Shown in pieces: positions 13,410-23,224 of a DNA stretch of 35,201 nucleotides. Numbering within the stretch: the first letter of the stretch is position 1; each line of letters starts with the position of its first letter. Source of the stretch: Chiloscyllium plagiosum (lineage: Eukaryota); contig NC_057746.1 in the NCBI RefSeq assembly GCF_004010195.1, positions 16,936,820 through 16,972,020 on the forward strand, written 5' to 3'. The notes beneath the pieces were generated by a model. That model ran no database searches. It worked only from the letters and a program-made list of their open reading frames with translations, and had not been told where the DNA came from. The position numbers and the translations under genes are program-made.

Positions 13410-13453
13410 TCAGGAAATGGCAGAACCGTCTGAGGATGTCCTTTCATCAGAAG
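13410..13453 (-). CDS. MHC class I copy B, exon 7 (cytoplasmic tail (T)SDERTSSDGSAIS*)
   Basis: Acceptor tctttccattaacag|, Ser-rich tail, TGA at 13412-13410. A probable 3'UTR donor GTGAGT lies at 13384. Homologous 44 bp at 29522-29565. Confidence 0.82.
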
Positions 13454-13764
13454 CTGTTAATGGAAAGAGAGGCATTAGAAACTGCTCATTATCAGAGTGA
13501 AAGAGAGTGAGAAATGCGAGTGTGAGACAGCGTGCAAAACAGTGAGAAACATGAGTGTGAGAGAAACAGTGTTAGAGAGAAATTCACAAGAGAGAAAGCA
13601 TGAGTAAGAGAAATGAGTGAGAGCGAGAACAGGAGTGAGAGTGAAAATGACCCAGAGATGTAAAAGAAAGAAACAGTGTATGAGAGAGAGAAAGAGAGAG
13701 AGAGAGAGAGCTCACGAGAGCAAGAGGAGGATGAAAGACAGATAGACTACTCTCGACCAGACAG

Positions 13765-14030
13765 AGAACAAAACAGAAATTGCTGGAGAATCTCAGCATG
13801 TCTGGCATCATCTGTGGAGAGAGAAAGCAGAATTAATGCCTTACATCCAGTGACCCCGACCCCCCCCACCGCCACCACCACCACCACACCTCTCCTCCGC
13901 GTGCACAAGCGTGGGAGAACTCCTAGAACAAAACATCACTGGACTCAAAATGTTAACTGTTTTTCTCTCCACAGCTGCTGCCAAACCTATTGAGTTTCTC
14001 CAGCAATTTTTTCTCTGTTTCAGATCTCTG
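13765..14030. mobile_element. Older palindromic Penelope-terminus element (second subfamily) in copy B intron 6
   Basis: Inverted arms aattgctggagaatctcag...ctgtggagaga / tctctccacag...tttctccagcaatt, similar to the terminus at 27270-27360. Confidence 0.65.
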
Positions 14031-14106
14031 CACTTGTGTTTGAAACAGAAAGAACAGCTTGTCATACACTAACACAGACGCTGAGATGTCTGAGTTATCA
14101 GCTTAC

Positions 14107-14139
14107 TGTTTGTGGGATTGTAGCCGCTCTTCATTCCTC
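14107..14139 (-). CDS. MHC class I copy B, exon 6 (33-bp cytoplasmic exon, (G)GMKSGYNPTN)
   Basis: Acceptor ccttgttttacag|, donor A|GTAAGC, phase 1-1. The 33-bp size and the Tyr are typical of class I cytoplasmic exon 6. Confidence 0.85.
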
Positions 14140-14494
14140 CTGTAAAACAAGGAATGTTCAGTCAGTTCGAGATACTGTCAGGAAATCAGAGGAAATGCTG
14201 AAGACCCTCATTCCTATCCAGACTCAGCCTCTCCTACCCACATTGCCCTAAGCTGCTGATGCCCAACAGTGAACTCAGAGCCAGCCCCAGTCAGTCTGAA
14301 CTGTCTGACCTGACACTCACAACATGACAATTTCACCCCTCAGACACTCCAGCCTAACGTGAGGAACAGGGCACCATATCTATGACCCTCCTTCACAAAC
14401 AGAGTTCCTCTCCCAACTGCCTGAGCCATCACTAACCCTGAGACTGACTCCCAAACACAGAGCTTCTTCACAAACCCTCTGAACCCAAACAATG

Positions 14495-15030
14495 AACCAG
14501 ATACTATAAGATATAGGAGCAGAATTAGGCCATTCAGCTCATCGGATGTGCTCCACCATTCGATCGTGGTTGATATATTTCTCAACCTCATTCTCCTGCC
14601 TTCTCACCGTAACCCTTGAGCCCTTTACCAATCAAGAATCTATCTATCTCTGTCTTAAAGACACTCAATGTCTTGGCCTCCACAGCCTTCTGCAGGAATG
14701 GGTTCCACAGAGTCACCACCATTTGGCTGAGGAAATTCCTCCTCAGTTCTAAAAGGTCATCCCGTCACACTGAGGCTGTTCTCTTTGGTCCTCGAGTCTC
14801 CTGCATCTTCTCCACATCCACTCTGTCCAGGCCTCTCAGTAATGTGTAATTTTCAATGAGATTTGCCCTCAATATTTTAAACTCCGTCCAGTACACACAC
14901 AGTCCTCAACAGCACCTCATATGACAAGCTCTTCATCCCTGGGATAATTCTTGTAAATCTCCTCTGGGCTCCCGCCAACACCAGCACATTCTTCCGTAGA
15001 TATGGGGCCCAAAACAGCTCACAATATTCC
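14495..15030 (-). mobile_element. CR1 LINE 3' end in copy B intron 5
   Basis: Reverse of CR1 tail (ataggagcagaattaggccattcagc..ctccaccattc) plus ORF2 C-terminus. Confidence 0.7.
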
Positions 15031-15123
15031 TTTTTACTTCAGTACAGTCTGGCCATACGCTTCCAGACTCTCCAATTCCCTGAAATGCCAGTGAGGAGCC
15101 ACCATTTTCTTACAAACTCCTAC

Positions 15124-15218
15124 CTTTCTTCTTGTGAATGACAACAGCCCCAACAGCGAGAGAGATGATCCCGAGGAGTCCAAATACAATCCCGACAATA
15201 ACAAGAACCTGGGAGTGA
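15124..15218 (-). CDS. MHC class I copy B, exon 5 (transmembrane; 5' end hidden in N gap)
   Basis: HSQVLVIVGIVFGLLGIISLAVGAVVIHKKK: hydrophobic helix plus basic stop-transfer, donor G|GTAGGA. Colinear with the copy C TM exon. Confidence 0.88.
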
Positions 15219-15689
15219 NNNNNNNNNNNNNNNNNNNNNNNNNNNNNNNNNNNNNNNNNNNNNNNNNNNNNNNNNNNNNNNNNNNNNNNNNNNNNNNNNN
15301 NNNNNNNNNNNNNNNNNNNNNNNNNNNNNNNNNNNNNNNNNNNNNNNNNNNNNNNNNNNNNNNNNNNNNNNNNNNNNNNNNNNNNNNNNNNNNNNNNNNN
15401 NNNNNNNNNNNNNNNAAGAAAGGGGGATGAGAGATAGAGAGCCAAGTGAAGCAGGAAGAGAGAGAAAGAGAAAGAGACAAAAAATTTGTTTTTTAAAATT
15501 CGGCCTTATACAGGATACATGGTACACAGTGAGTCAATTTTATCCAATGAGCATACACTTGTATTTAGTCACATGAAGCTGCTCATCTCATCCTTCCTCA
15601 TCCACATGTGTTACCATCACTCCCTATTCCTTTCTCAACTCCCCTTAAATACATCCTGACAAGCTCATTCCCTGTAGCAGCGAGCTTCA

Positions 15690-16005
15690 TATTCTCTTCA
15701 TGCTCCGACTGCAGATATTTCTCTGGAATTCCTTGTGAAAGATTTGGTGACTGTCTTGTGTTGATGGTCCTTAGTTGTGCTTTTCGCCAAACACTGTCTC
15801 TGCACCCACTCTTTCAAAATGTTTGGGCTCCATTTTTCAAGAGAGAAGACATCAAGCCTCTCAATCCTTTCCTGATACATACACTCACACGTTTCTGATA
15901 TCGATATTGTAAATCTTCTCAGCACCCTCTCCAGTGCTTCAATATCCTTTACATCACATGGCAACCAGAACTGTCTGCAGTTCTCGACATGTGGTCTAAC
16001 CAAAC
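15690..16005 (-). mobile_element. CR1 LINE ORF2 fragment
   Basis: LVRPHVENCRQFWLP..KDIEALERVLRRFT. Confidence 0.7.
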
Positions 16006-16164
16006 TTCAAGGTAGAATTGAAGGTGAGGTAGGATAGGCTAAATCTCCCTCTCAAGATTAAAGCCTATCCTCGGGTTTTTTGTAAAGAAATTTCCTTTCT
16101 AACCGTAAGCCACGAGTGAGGTTCTGGTAGGTGGAGGGTAGCAAATATTGTGCTGGGCTGCAAA

Positions 16165-17205
16165 GAAAATCCTGGGAACTATGGACCAGATATCTGTTGT
16201 AGGTAAATTACTTGAGAAGGTTCGGAGAGATAAAATACACATGCATTTGGAAAGACAGGGTTTGATTATAAATACTCTGCATGGCTTTGTGTGTAGGAGG
16301 CTTTGTGCATTCCTGAAGAAGAGCTCATGCCCGAAACGTCGATTCTCCTGCTCCTTGGATGCTGCCTGACCTGCTGTGCTTTTCCAGCAACACATTTTCA
16401 GCTTTGTGCGTAGGAGATCATACCTCACAAATTTCTTAGAATTCTTTGTTGAAGTGACCAGGAACATAATCTAAATGGATTTCAGTAAGGCCTTTAAAAA
16501 GGTTCCACATGGTAGGCTGACCTGGAAGGTTAGATCGCATGGAATTCAGGGGAAGCTGGCAAATTGGAGATACAATTGGCTTGATGCTAGGAAGCAGAGG
16601 GTAATAATGGAAGCATGTTTGTCGGACTGGAGGCCTGAGACTAATGGTGTGCCTGAGGGGTCAGTGCTGGGCCCATTGCTGTTTGTTATCAATATCAATG
16701 ATTTGGATGAGATACAAGGTATGATTAGTAAGTTTGCAGATGACACTGAAACGGGCAGTATTGTGGACAGTGAGGAAGGTTATCAAAAATTGCAGCAGGA
16801 CCTTGATCAGCTGGGGAAGTGGCAAGTGGAGTTTAATGCAGATAAGTGTGAGGTCTTGTGATTTGCAAAGTCAAATCAAGGTAGGGGTTTCAAGGTGAAT
16901 GGTAGGGCCTTAAGGACTATTGTGGAACAGAGAGACCTTGGAGTTCTGGTGCACAGTTCTCTGAAAGTGGAGTCAAAGGTTGCCAGAACAGTCTTCATCA
17001 GTCAGGGCATTGAGTATATTTGGGAAATTATGTTGCAGTTGCACAGGACGTTGGTAAGGCTGCACTTGGAGTATTGTATTTTGGTCACCTTGCTAATAGA
17101 AAGGATGTTATTAAACTAGAAAGAGTGCAGAAGGACGTTTCCATGATACAAGGGACTGAATTATGAGGAGTAGTTGGACAAGCTAGGATGTTTTTCTTTG
17201 GAGAC
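16165..17205 (+). mobile_element. CR1 LINE ORF2 RT fragment in copy B intron 4
   Basis: MDFSKAFKKVPH, GVPEGSVLGPLLF, FADDT; stops and frameshifts. Confidence 0.9.
16300..16400 (+). mobile_element. Single-arm Penelope-terminus mini-element inserted in CR1 RT
   Basis: Core CTGAAGAAGAGCTCATGCCCGAAACGTC at 16313-16340; flanking repeat GCTTTGTGYGTAGGAG (16284-16299, 16401-16416). Confidence 0.8.
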
Positions 17206-17681
17206 AATTGTTTTTGATCACCAGAATCAATGACTAATGTGATGTCGTAGAGACGACCAGGCTGTCCTGTGTATAAGTCTCCTCACGTTGGGATTTTGCA
17301 TCTCCTGTCTCCTATCACACAGGAGTGTCCAAAGCTCATCTCTGCTCTTTGTTAGAATATCTCAAAATGTTTCTCTCCTCCCTGGGACTACCTGGGATTC
17401 CTGTCTTGGTCTGTAGACTGCTTAGTGCTGCTGCATATAATAATTTAAATTCTAAAATTACATTTAAATGAAACCATATTCAGGGTGATGGGGAGAAGGC
17501 AGGAGAATAGCACTGAGTGGTAATGCTCAGCGAGACAAGTCAGGTCATGATGGGCTGAAGAGCCTTCTTTAGAACAATTCTGTGACTCCATAATTTCAAA
17601 GTCCAAATCAATATTGTCAATTGTGAAGGGAAGTGTTTCCTTGCAGAACACCACTTCCCACATTCTGACACTCTGACTAAC

Positions 17682-17855
17682 TAAGGAACAGGAGAATCAA
17701 CGTTTCGGGCATAAGCCCTTCTTCAGGAGTCCTGAAGAAGGGCTTATGCCCGAAACATCGATTCTCCTGTTCCTTGGATGCTTACTGACCTGCTGCGCTT
17801 TTCCAGCAACACATTTTCAGCTCTGATCTCCAGCATCTGCAGTCCTCACTTTCTC
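17682..17855. mobile_element. Palindromic Penelope-terminus mini-element in copy B intron 4
   Basis: Opposed CTGAAGAAGGGCTTATGCCCGAAAC cores; perfect 13-bp flanking repeat CACTCTGACTAAC (17669-17681, 17856-17868). Confidence 0.85.
17695..17727 (-). ncRNA. Minimal hammerhead ribozyme-like motif (best-preserved core)
   Basis: CUGAAGA-A-GGGC-UUAU-GCCC-GAAA-CG-UU; palindromic AACGUU in place of stem III, as in Penelope-associated minimal hammerheads. Activity untested. Confidence 0.6.
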
Positions 17856-18876
17856 CACTCTGACTAACCAACCCTTTTCCCCCAATCTCTGTTTCCTGTC
17901 TGCAAAGCAGCTAACAATCCATTTTACCACATTCCCACTGACCCCACATTCTCTAAACGTTTCTATTATGGGAGTATCTGATCAAATGCCTTTGAAAACT
18001 TTGCAACTGTACATCTGCAACATTACCACTGTGTACCCTCTGTTACTTCATGAAAAATATTCAATGGAGTTGGTCAAACACAATATTCTCCCTCAAAATT
18101 CATGCTGACTATTCATTGTTACACTGAGTTGGACAGAGATCATCAAGAAACAATGTTAAATAGACTGGGCTACAATTCCAGGATACACTGGATGCTGCCA
18201 CACTGAAATATCAGGATACATGGATCCTATTGGACATTATTATCCCTGGATTCACTGGACTGTCTCATAATAAAACATCTCAGGATCTGTTTCTGTATTT
18301 TTATTCACAGGGATATGGGTGTCAATGCCTGGGCCAGTCTTTACAGTCATTCCCTAGTTGCTCTACAGAAGGCGGTGGTGAGCTGCCTTCTTAGACCAAA
18401 TGCAGCTTATGTGCTGTAGATGGACCCAATATGTATTTCAGGATGCTGAGTAGCTTCGTGGGAAACTTGCAGGAGCTAGTGTTCCCAAGTATCTACTGCC
18501 CTTGTCCTTTGAGATTAAAGTGTCCATGGACTTGAAGAGTGCTCAGGAAATATGGTGAACTGAAAGGACATAGCAGGTTCTGTCACACGCATAGCAGATG
18601 ATATACTAATACTTTAATCCTTAATTATCCTGGATATTAAGATGCTGGGCAGCATTACACACCAGGATACACTGGGAGACTGTCCCTGATTCACTGCCTT
18701 AATTACTGTCCTCTACAATTGATGTGAGCACTGTGACACACTGACAGTTCATATGAACTTCCCTCTCTCTCTCTCTCTCTACCCTGGAGCATCCTGCTGA
18801 ACCAGCTCCGCTGATCCTCTCTCTTGTGATCCTGGTCTGAGTCTGGTTCCTCTCTAACAATGAGAATCAGTCTTAC

Positions 18877-19140
18877 CATAAATCACGACCAGCTTCTCCT
18901 CCAGTCCACTGTGCTCCACCTGACAGGAATACTCAGCCTGATCCTCCGGATCAAACTCTATCCATTTCCGGATCTGGTAGGTCATGTCGTGATTGGGTAA
19001 GATCCCAGTGGACAGGGTCTCATCGATCAACACTCCGTCCCTCCACAGAGTCACCTCGATGGCTTGTGGGTAAAACCCAGTGACGAGACAAGACAGCCGG
19101 TTAGAATCACCCAGACGGGCAAAGGACACATCAGGGGGAA
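18877..19140 (-). CDS. MHC class I copy B, exon 4 (alpha3 C1-set Ig domain)
   Basis: Acceptor tcccccag|, donor G|GTAAGA, 264 bp. Translation includes LSCLVTGFYPQAIEVTLW...LPNHDMTYQ...YSCQVEHSGL. Confidence 0.97.
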
Positions 19141-19237
19141 CTGGGGGAGAGAGGAAGAGGAGTCAGTGCAGGAACATGGAGAGAGAGACACACAGGCACC
19201 ATGAAATTTAACAACTATCACTCCCCTGCCCACTCAC

Positions 19238-19510
19238 CGACTCTCAGTTCCCTCTGTCCGTACTCCAGGTATTTCCTCAGCCACTCAATGCACTCCACCT
19301 CCAGGTAATGTTTCCACCTCTGCTTGCCCAACTCATTGTGGTCCCATCTGTTTTTGATGCTTTCCGCCCAGGGGACTGGGGTCACCCACACCATGTGGTC
19401 CTTATTCAAGCTGATCAAATCTTGCCCGTCCCATCCTCTGTGGTTGAACCCACTCACAGTCCCATCATCCCTCAGGTCACAGCCAGTCATCATCTGGTAA
19501 ATGTGGATCC
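19238..19510 (-). CDS. MHC class I copy B, exon 3 (alpha2 domain)
   Basis: Acceptor ttgacag|, donor G|GTGAGT, 273 bp. Translation (G)IHIYQMMTGCDL...GWDGQDLISLNKD...IKNRWD...HYLEVECIEWLRKYLEYGQRELRV has the C101/C164 pair. Confidence 0.97.
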
Positions 19511-19684
19511 CTGTCAATCAGAAACACAAGTTGCCGGTCAGAGACACAGTCTCACCTGGTGTCCCCTCCAACCACTCCCACAGTCAGTCTCTGGAACTCA
19601 GATTCACTCCTAATTTCTCCCATTCCCACACAAACTCCCCAAATGCACAGGAAGATGTCAGGATGTGGAACGGTGAGCACTCAC

Positions 19685-19945
19685 CCCCTGTCTGGTTGGT
19701 CCGTGACATAAATGTCAGAATATCGTGTTTGGCAAAGTCTTCTTGCTCCTGAGCAAGAAACCGTTTCCTATTCCAAGCCTCGGGTCCCTCGCTGTCCACC
19801 ATCCACTGTTCCCGGGGGATTAAATCCTTGCGATTGCTGTCATACATAACAAACTGGACCCCGTCCACATAACCAACAATCACAAACTCTGGGAAATTGG
19901 GAATCGAAGTCAAACCAGTGACAAAATACCGGAGAGAGTGAGTTT
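19685..19945 (-). CDS. MHC class I copy B, exon 2 (alpha1 domain)
   Basis: Acceptor tgtttcag|, donor G|GTGAGT, 261 bp. Translation (E)THSLRYFVTGLTSIPNFPEFVIVGYVDGVQFVMYDSN...EGPEAWNRK...MSRTNQTGG has the class I motifs HSLRYF, GYVD and the N86-Q-T sequon. Confidence 0.97.
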
Positions 19946-20371
19946 CTGAAACACAGAAAAATCAGGGCATGAATTCCTGAATCATGAATCATTTTGTTCA
20001 CCTTTTCTCCAGCACTGGAGAGAATTTCTCAATTCACTTCAGCTTCATCACGTGATGTTGTTAACTTTTTTCTCTTTTCCTTTTACTTGAAAAAAACGCC
20101 TATCAATTTTTCATTTTTACTTTTCACCCTGTAATGTTCAATAGATCTTTTGAATTTCGCAAATACAGATCTTTTCTTTCGCCTTATGGTAAAGTCTCGT
20201 ACGAACCTAAATCATTTAAAACAGTGGATTCACTGACGTTAAAACAAGAAACAGATAAATATTACCCCATAAACCATTCTGATGGTAACATGATCAAAGG
20301 TTAAAGCCCCAGTTCCCAGTCTGGCTCTGCCTCTCTCTCTCACACCCCGCCCCCCCCCCCCCATTACTAAC

Positions 20372-20420
20372 CTGCAGAGAGCTCTCCCCACAGAAGTCCC
20401 AGCACTATCAGTCCAATCAT
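20372..20420 (-). CDS. MHC class I heavy chain copy B, exon 1 (signal peptide MIGLIVLGLLWGELSA)
   Basis: ATG at 20420, 16 hydrophobic codons + 1 nt, donor G|GTTAGT; phase 1 joins the alpha1 exon in frame. Confidence 0.92.
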
Positions 20421-20604
20421 TGTGATTTCAGTCGACAGTCTGGGAGGAGAGATTATTTTCCACCGGACTGTCTCAGTCTGTGAGCTGTAATCGAGAGTGA
20501 TATTAAACTGTTCTGAAGAAGGGTCTTCAATATCTCTCCCGACAGATTTTTCAGCACTTTGTTTTAGTTCTTGTTACCGTTCCTCTTCACCGAGACACCT
20601 TCAC

Positions 20605-20750
20605 ACTGATTGGTCCCAAACTATCATCGATCCAATCACAATAAAAAGACTCAGTGAGTCAGCAGACTCCGGCAGAATAGACAACAAACAGGTTCCATAA
20701 CTCCGCCCAGGATTGGGAATTTCCAATCACCTAAACACTTCCACTTTCAT
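20605..20750 (-). promoter_or_regulatory. MHC class I proximal promoter of copy B
   Basis: In transcription order: GAAAGTGGAAGT IRF/Ets-like (20737-20749), kB GGGAATTTCC (20715-20724), GC box (20701-20708), S-like GGAACCT (20690-20696), X2-like TGACTCA (20655-20661), Y box ATTGG (20632-20636), CCAAT (20609-20613). The order resembles vertebrate class I promoters. Confidence 0.75.
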
Positions 20751-21014
20751 CTCCAGTTGCTGGAAGAATGAGCTGAGCTGCAAATCATTTTCGGGACAGA
20801 GATCATTCAGATGCTGCTACGCCACCCAATGAGATCATTGCTGATTTTTAACTCCAGTTTCATCTCCTTCAATCGCCAAAATATCAGACAAACCTCAGTC
20901 TCTAAAAATGCAATCATCTCTGATATGGAGCTACTTTTGAATTATCCCAACATTCACAGACCTTAAGAGGAGATATGTTTAGATGGATTCTTGGTGTGAG
21001 GGAAGATGGTGAGA

Positions 21015-21255
21015 TTGTGGTAATGTCACTGGGTTGGGAATCCCCCCAGCCAATGATCTAGGGACATGGGTTCACATCTCCTCATGGCAGACAGTGAGGT
21101 TTGAATTCAATAAAGAAACAATCTGGAACTGAAACCTAATCTCGTGGTGGACATGTACCCAATGGTGATAGACGTAAAACCACCTAGTTCATTCATGTCC
21201 TTTTCTGGAAGGAAGGAGAAATAGGGCTGGACAATAAATGCTGCCTAGATTGCAA
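21015..21255 (+). mobile_element. tRNA-derived SINE-like element (paralog)
   Basis: gtggtaatgtcactgg ... gggttcacatctc. Confidence 0.55.
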
Positions 21256-21259
21256 TAAA

Positions 21260-21905
21260 GTCTTCTGTGTGGAAACGGGCTTCCTGAGACTGCATCCAAA
21301 TCCTGCCAGACCTGGTGTACAGTTAAAGTTTAGGGGTATACAGCAAAGACTGTGGGCCCTAATAAATCCCTTGGCGTTATGTGCCCCCACTGAAACTGTT
21401 CAGGTACAGCAATCTCAGACACAGGACAGCACTGCTGGTGTTTCTCACAAAACGGTGTTGGGTCCAAAGATTTTCAACTCCTTCATTAATAACCTTCACT
21501 ACATCCTTAGGTCTGAAGTCAAGATGTTCACTGATGGTTGGATATTTTTCGGACGTGGTGGCGACACCTCAGACACTGAATCAGTCCATGATATAAGATA
21601 CATGATACAACATAGGGCTAGCAGGTGGGAAATCACATTCATGCCAAACAAGTAGCAGGCAATCTTCTGACCATCTTCAACAAGACTGAATCTCAACATC
21701 TTTCATTCGCCTCACCAATTTGACATTCAAAGGCTTTACTGTCACTGAATCTCCCACCATCAATATTGAGTTGTATTCCACTGACCAGAACCTGAATTCG
21801 ATCAGCAGTATTAACACTGTAGTTTTAATAGTTGGTGAGAGAGTGGGGATTCTGTAGTAAGTAGTTCACCTCCTGGCTCCCCAAGGCCTATTCACCATCA
21901 ACAAA
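21260..21905 (+). mobile_element. Decayed CR1-type LINE fragment, paralog of 7480-8140
   Basis: VLGPKIFNSFINNL; near-colinear with the copy A upstream region. Confidence 0.65.
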
Positions 21906-23224
21906 GTGTTGTATGATGGAACCTTGTCGCTGCTGACGGTGTTTGGAGAGATTGGTGAACTCTTGGTCACCAGAATCTGGGTTTACTGCCTCATTTCTCT
22001 TTGTGTTTTACTCAGCTTTGTCGAGTGCGCTGACTACAAGAACATCTGAACTAAGATCTCATTATGTCATCGGATTGGGTGAAGCTTAATCCATGACCTG
22101 ACATGAAAACTTTAAGAACCAAATATTTTCCGCACATGTCAGGAGTGTATTGCAATGCAGCAATGTGTCTTCTGTGTTGGTTATTGAAGGATTTTTCTGG
22201 GCTTTTGCAGCCAAAATGGAGCATTCCTAACTTTGTTGTCAGTAATAGAGGAATCTGGCTGAGTGTGGCCTAAAAAACAATTTGTGAACTCTCTACTGAC
22301 TCTACTGAATGGAACCAGCTGTCTGTAGTTTTAAAAACAACCTGTCCTCTTCATAGTTTTTCAAAGGTTATTCACACTATTCATGGCATTATGAATAATT
22401 CCTGGTGATTTTAATAAAGATTCCAGTTCTCTTTGATGTCTTCACTGAGTGAACTTACAGCTTGAATACGTTTTCCCACTTTTCCTGTGGTTTCAACTAT
22501 TTCTCTGCAGCTGTTACTGTAGAGCAATGGCAAATTTCCTGTCTTCCTCCTTCGAATATTGCATTGTTGGATTCCCAAATTGTCCTTTGCACTTTTCAAG
22601 AAAGAAGAATGAGGAATAGTTGTGAATGTAAGTGGTCTGACCTGTATACTTCAACATAAACCTTTATGAAGAACTATATCCTCATTTTTAACAATGACGA
22701 TATTTGTATATTTCGCTCTGGGTGACTTCTGGTGTTGCACAATTGCCAGTGCAACAAACTCATTTTAAAATGACTTTTGTGTGTCTTGATGCGAGTTTGA
22801 TTAGAGAACTCATTGGCAGTTGGAAAGAAAGAATAGGAATAAATGATCAGAGAATGGGGTGAAGCGGAATCTCCTGTAACTGAGTTCGAGCCTCCATTTC
22901 CTTCTCACCTCCCACTGGATGCTACCCATCCAGTGTTTCCCTCACATCCTCAGCTGTCTCTCCAACTGCCTCCTCATTCTCATCTGGTGAAAAGGGGAGA
23001 AACTTCCCAGTACAGGGTGTATTGCAAATCAGAATGTACACTCAACATCTCAGCTGCAGTGACAGAGGGCATGGGTGTGCTGGCAAAGTGGTGATGTATT
23101 GTACCAGCAACATATTGAGGGTTAGTTGATATAATGGAGAGCTGAGATGCTTCTGTGCAGCAATGTGTGCTTGGAGAGGAATAAGTGCATGCACGGAGAG
23201 GCGGTCACTGCAGGTCACTCAGCT

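Noticed and set aside
19584-19913. Stand-alone ORF calls over the MHC exons
   Set aside because: They are internal exons with clear splice sites, not independent genes.
21910-23220. Unassigned sequence upstream of copy B with short ORFs
   Set aside because: No recognisable domain or splice pattern; probably old repeat.
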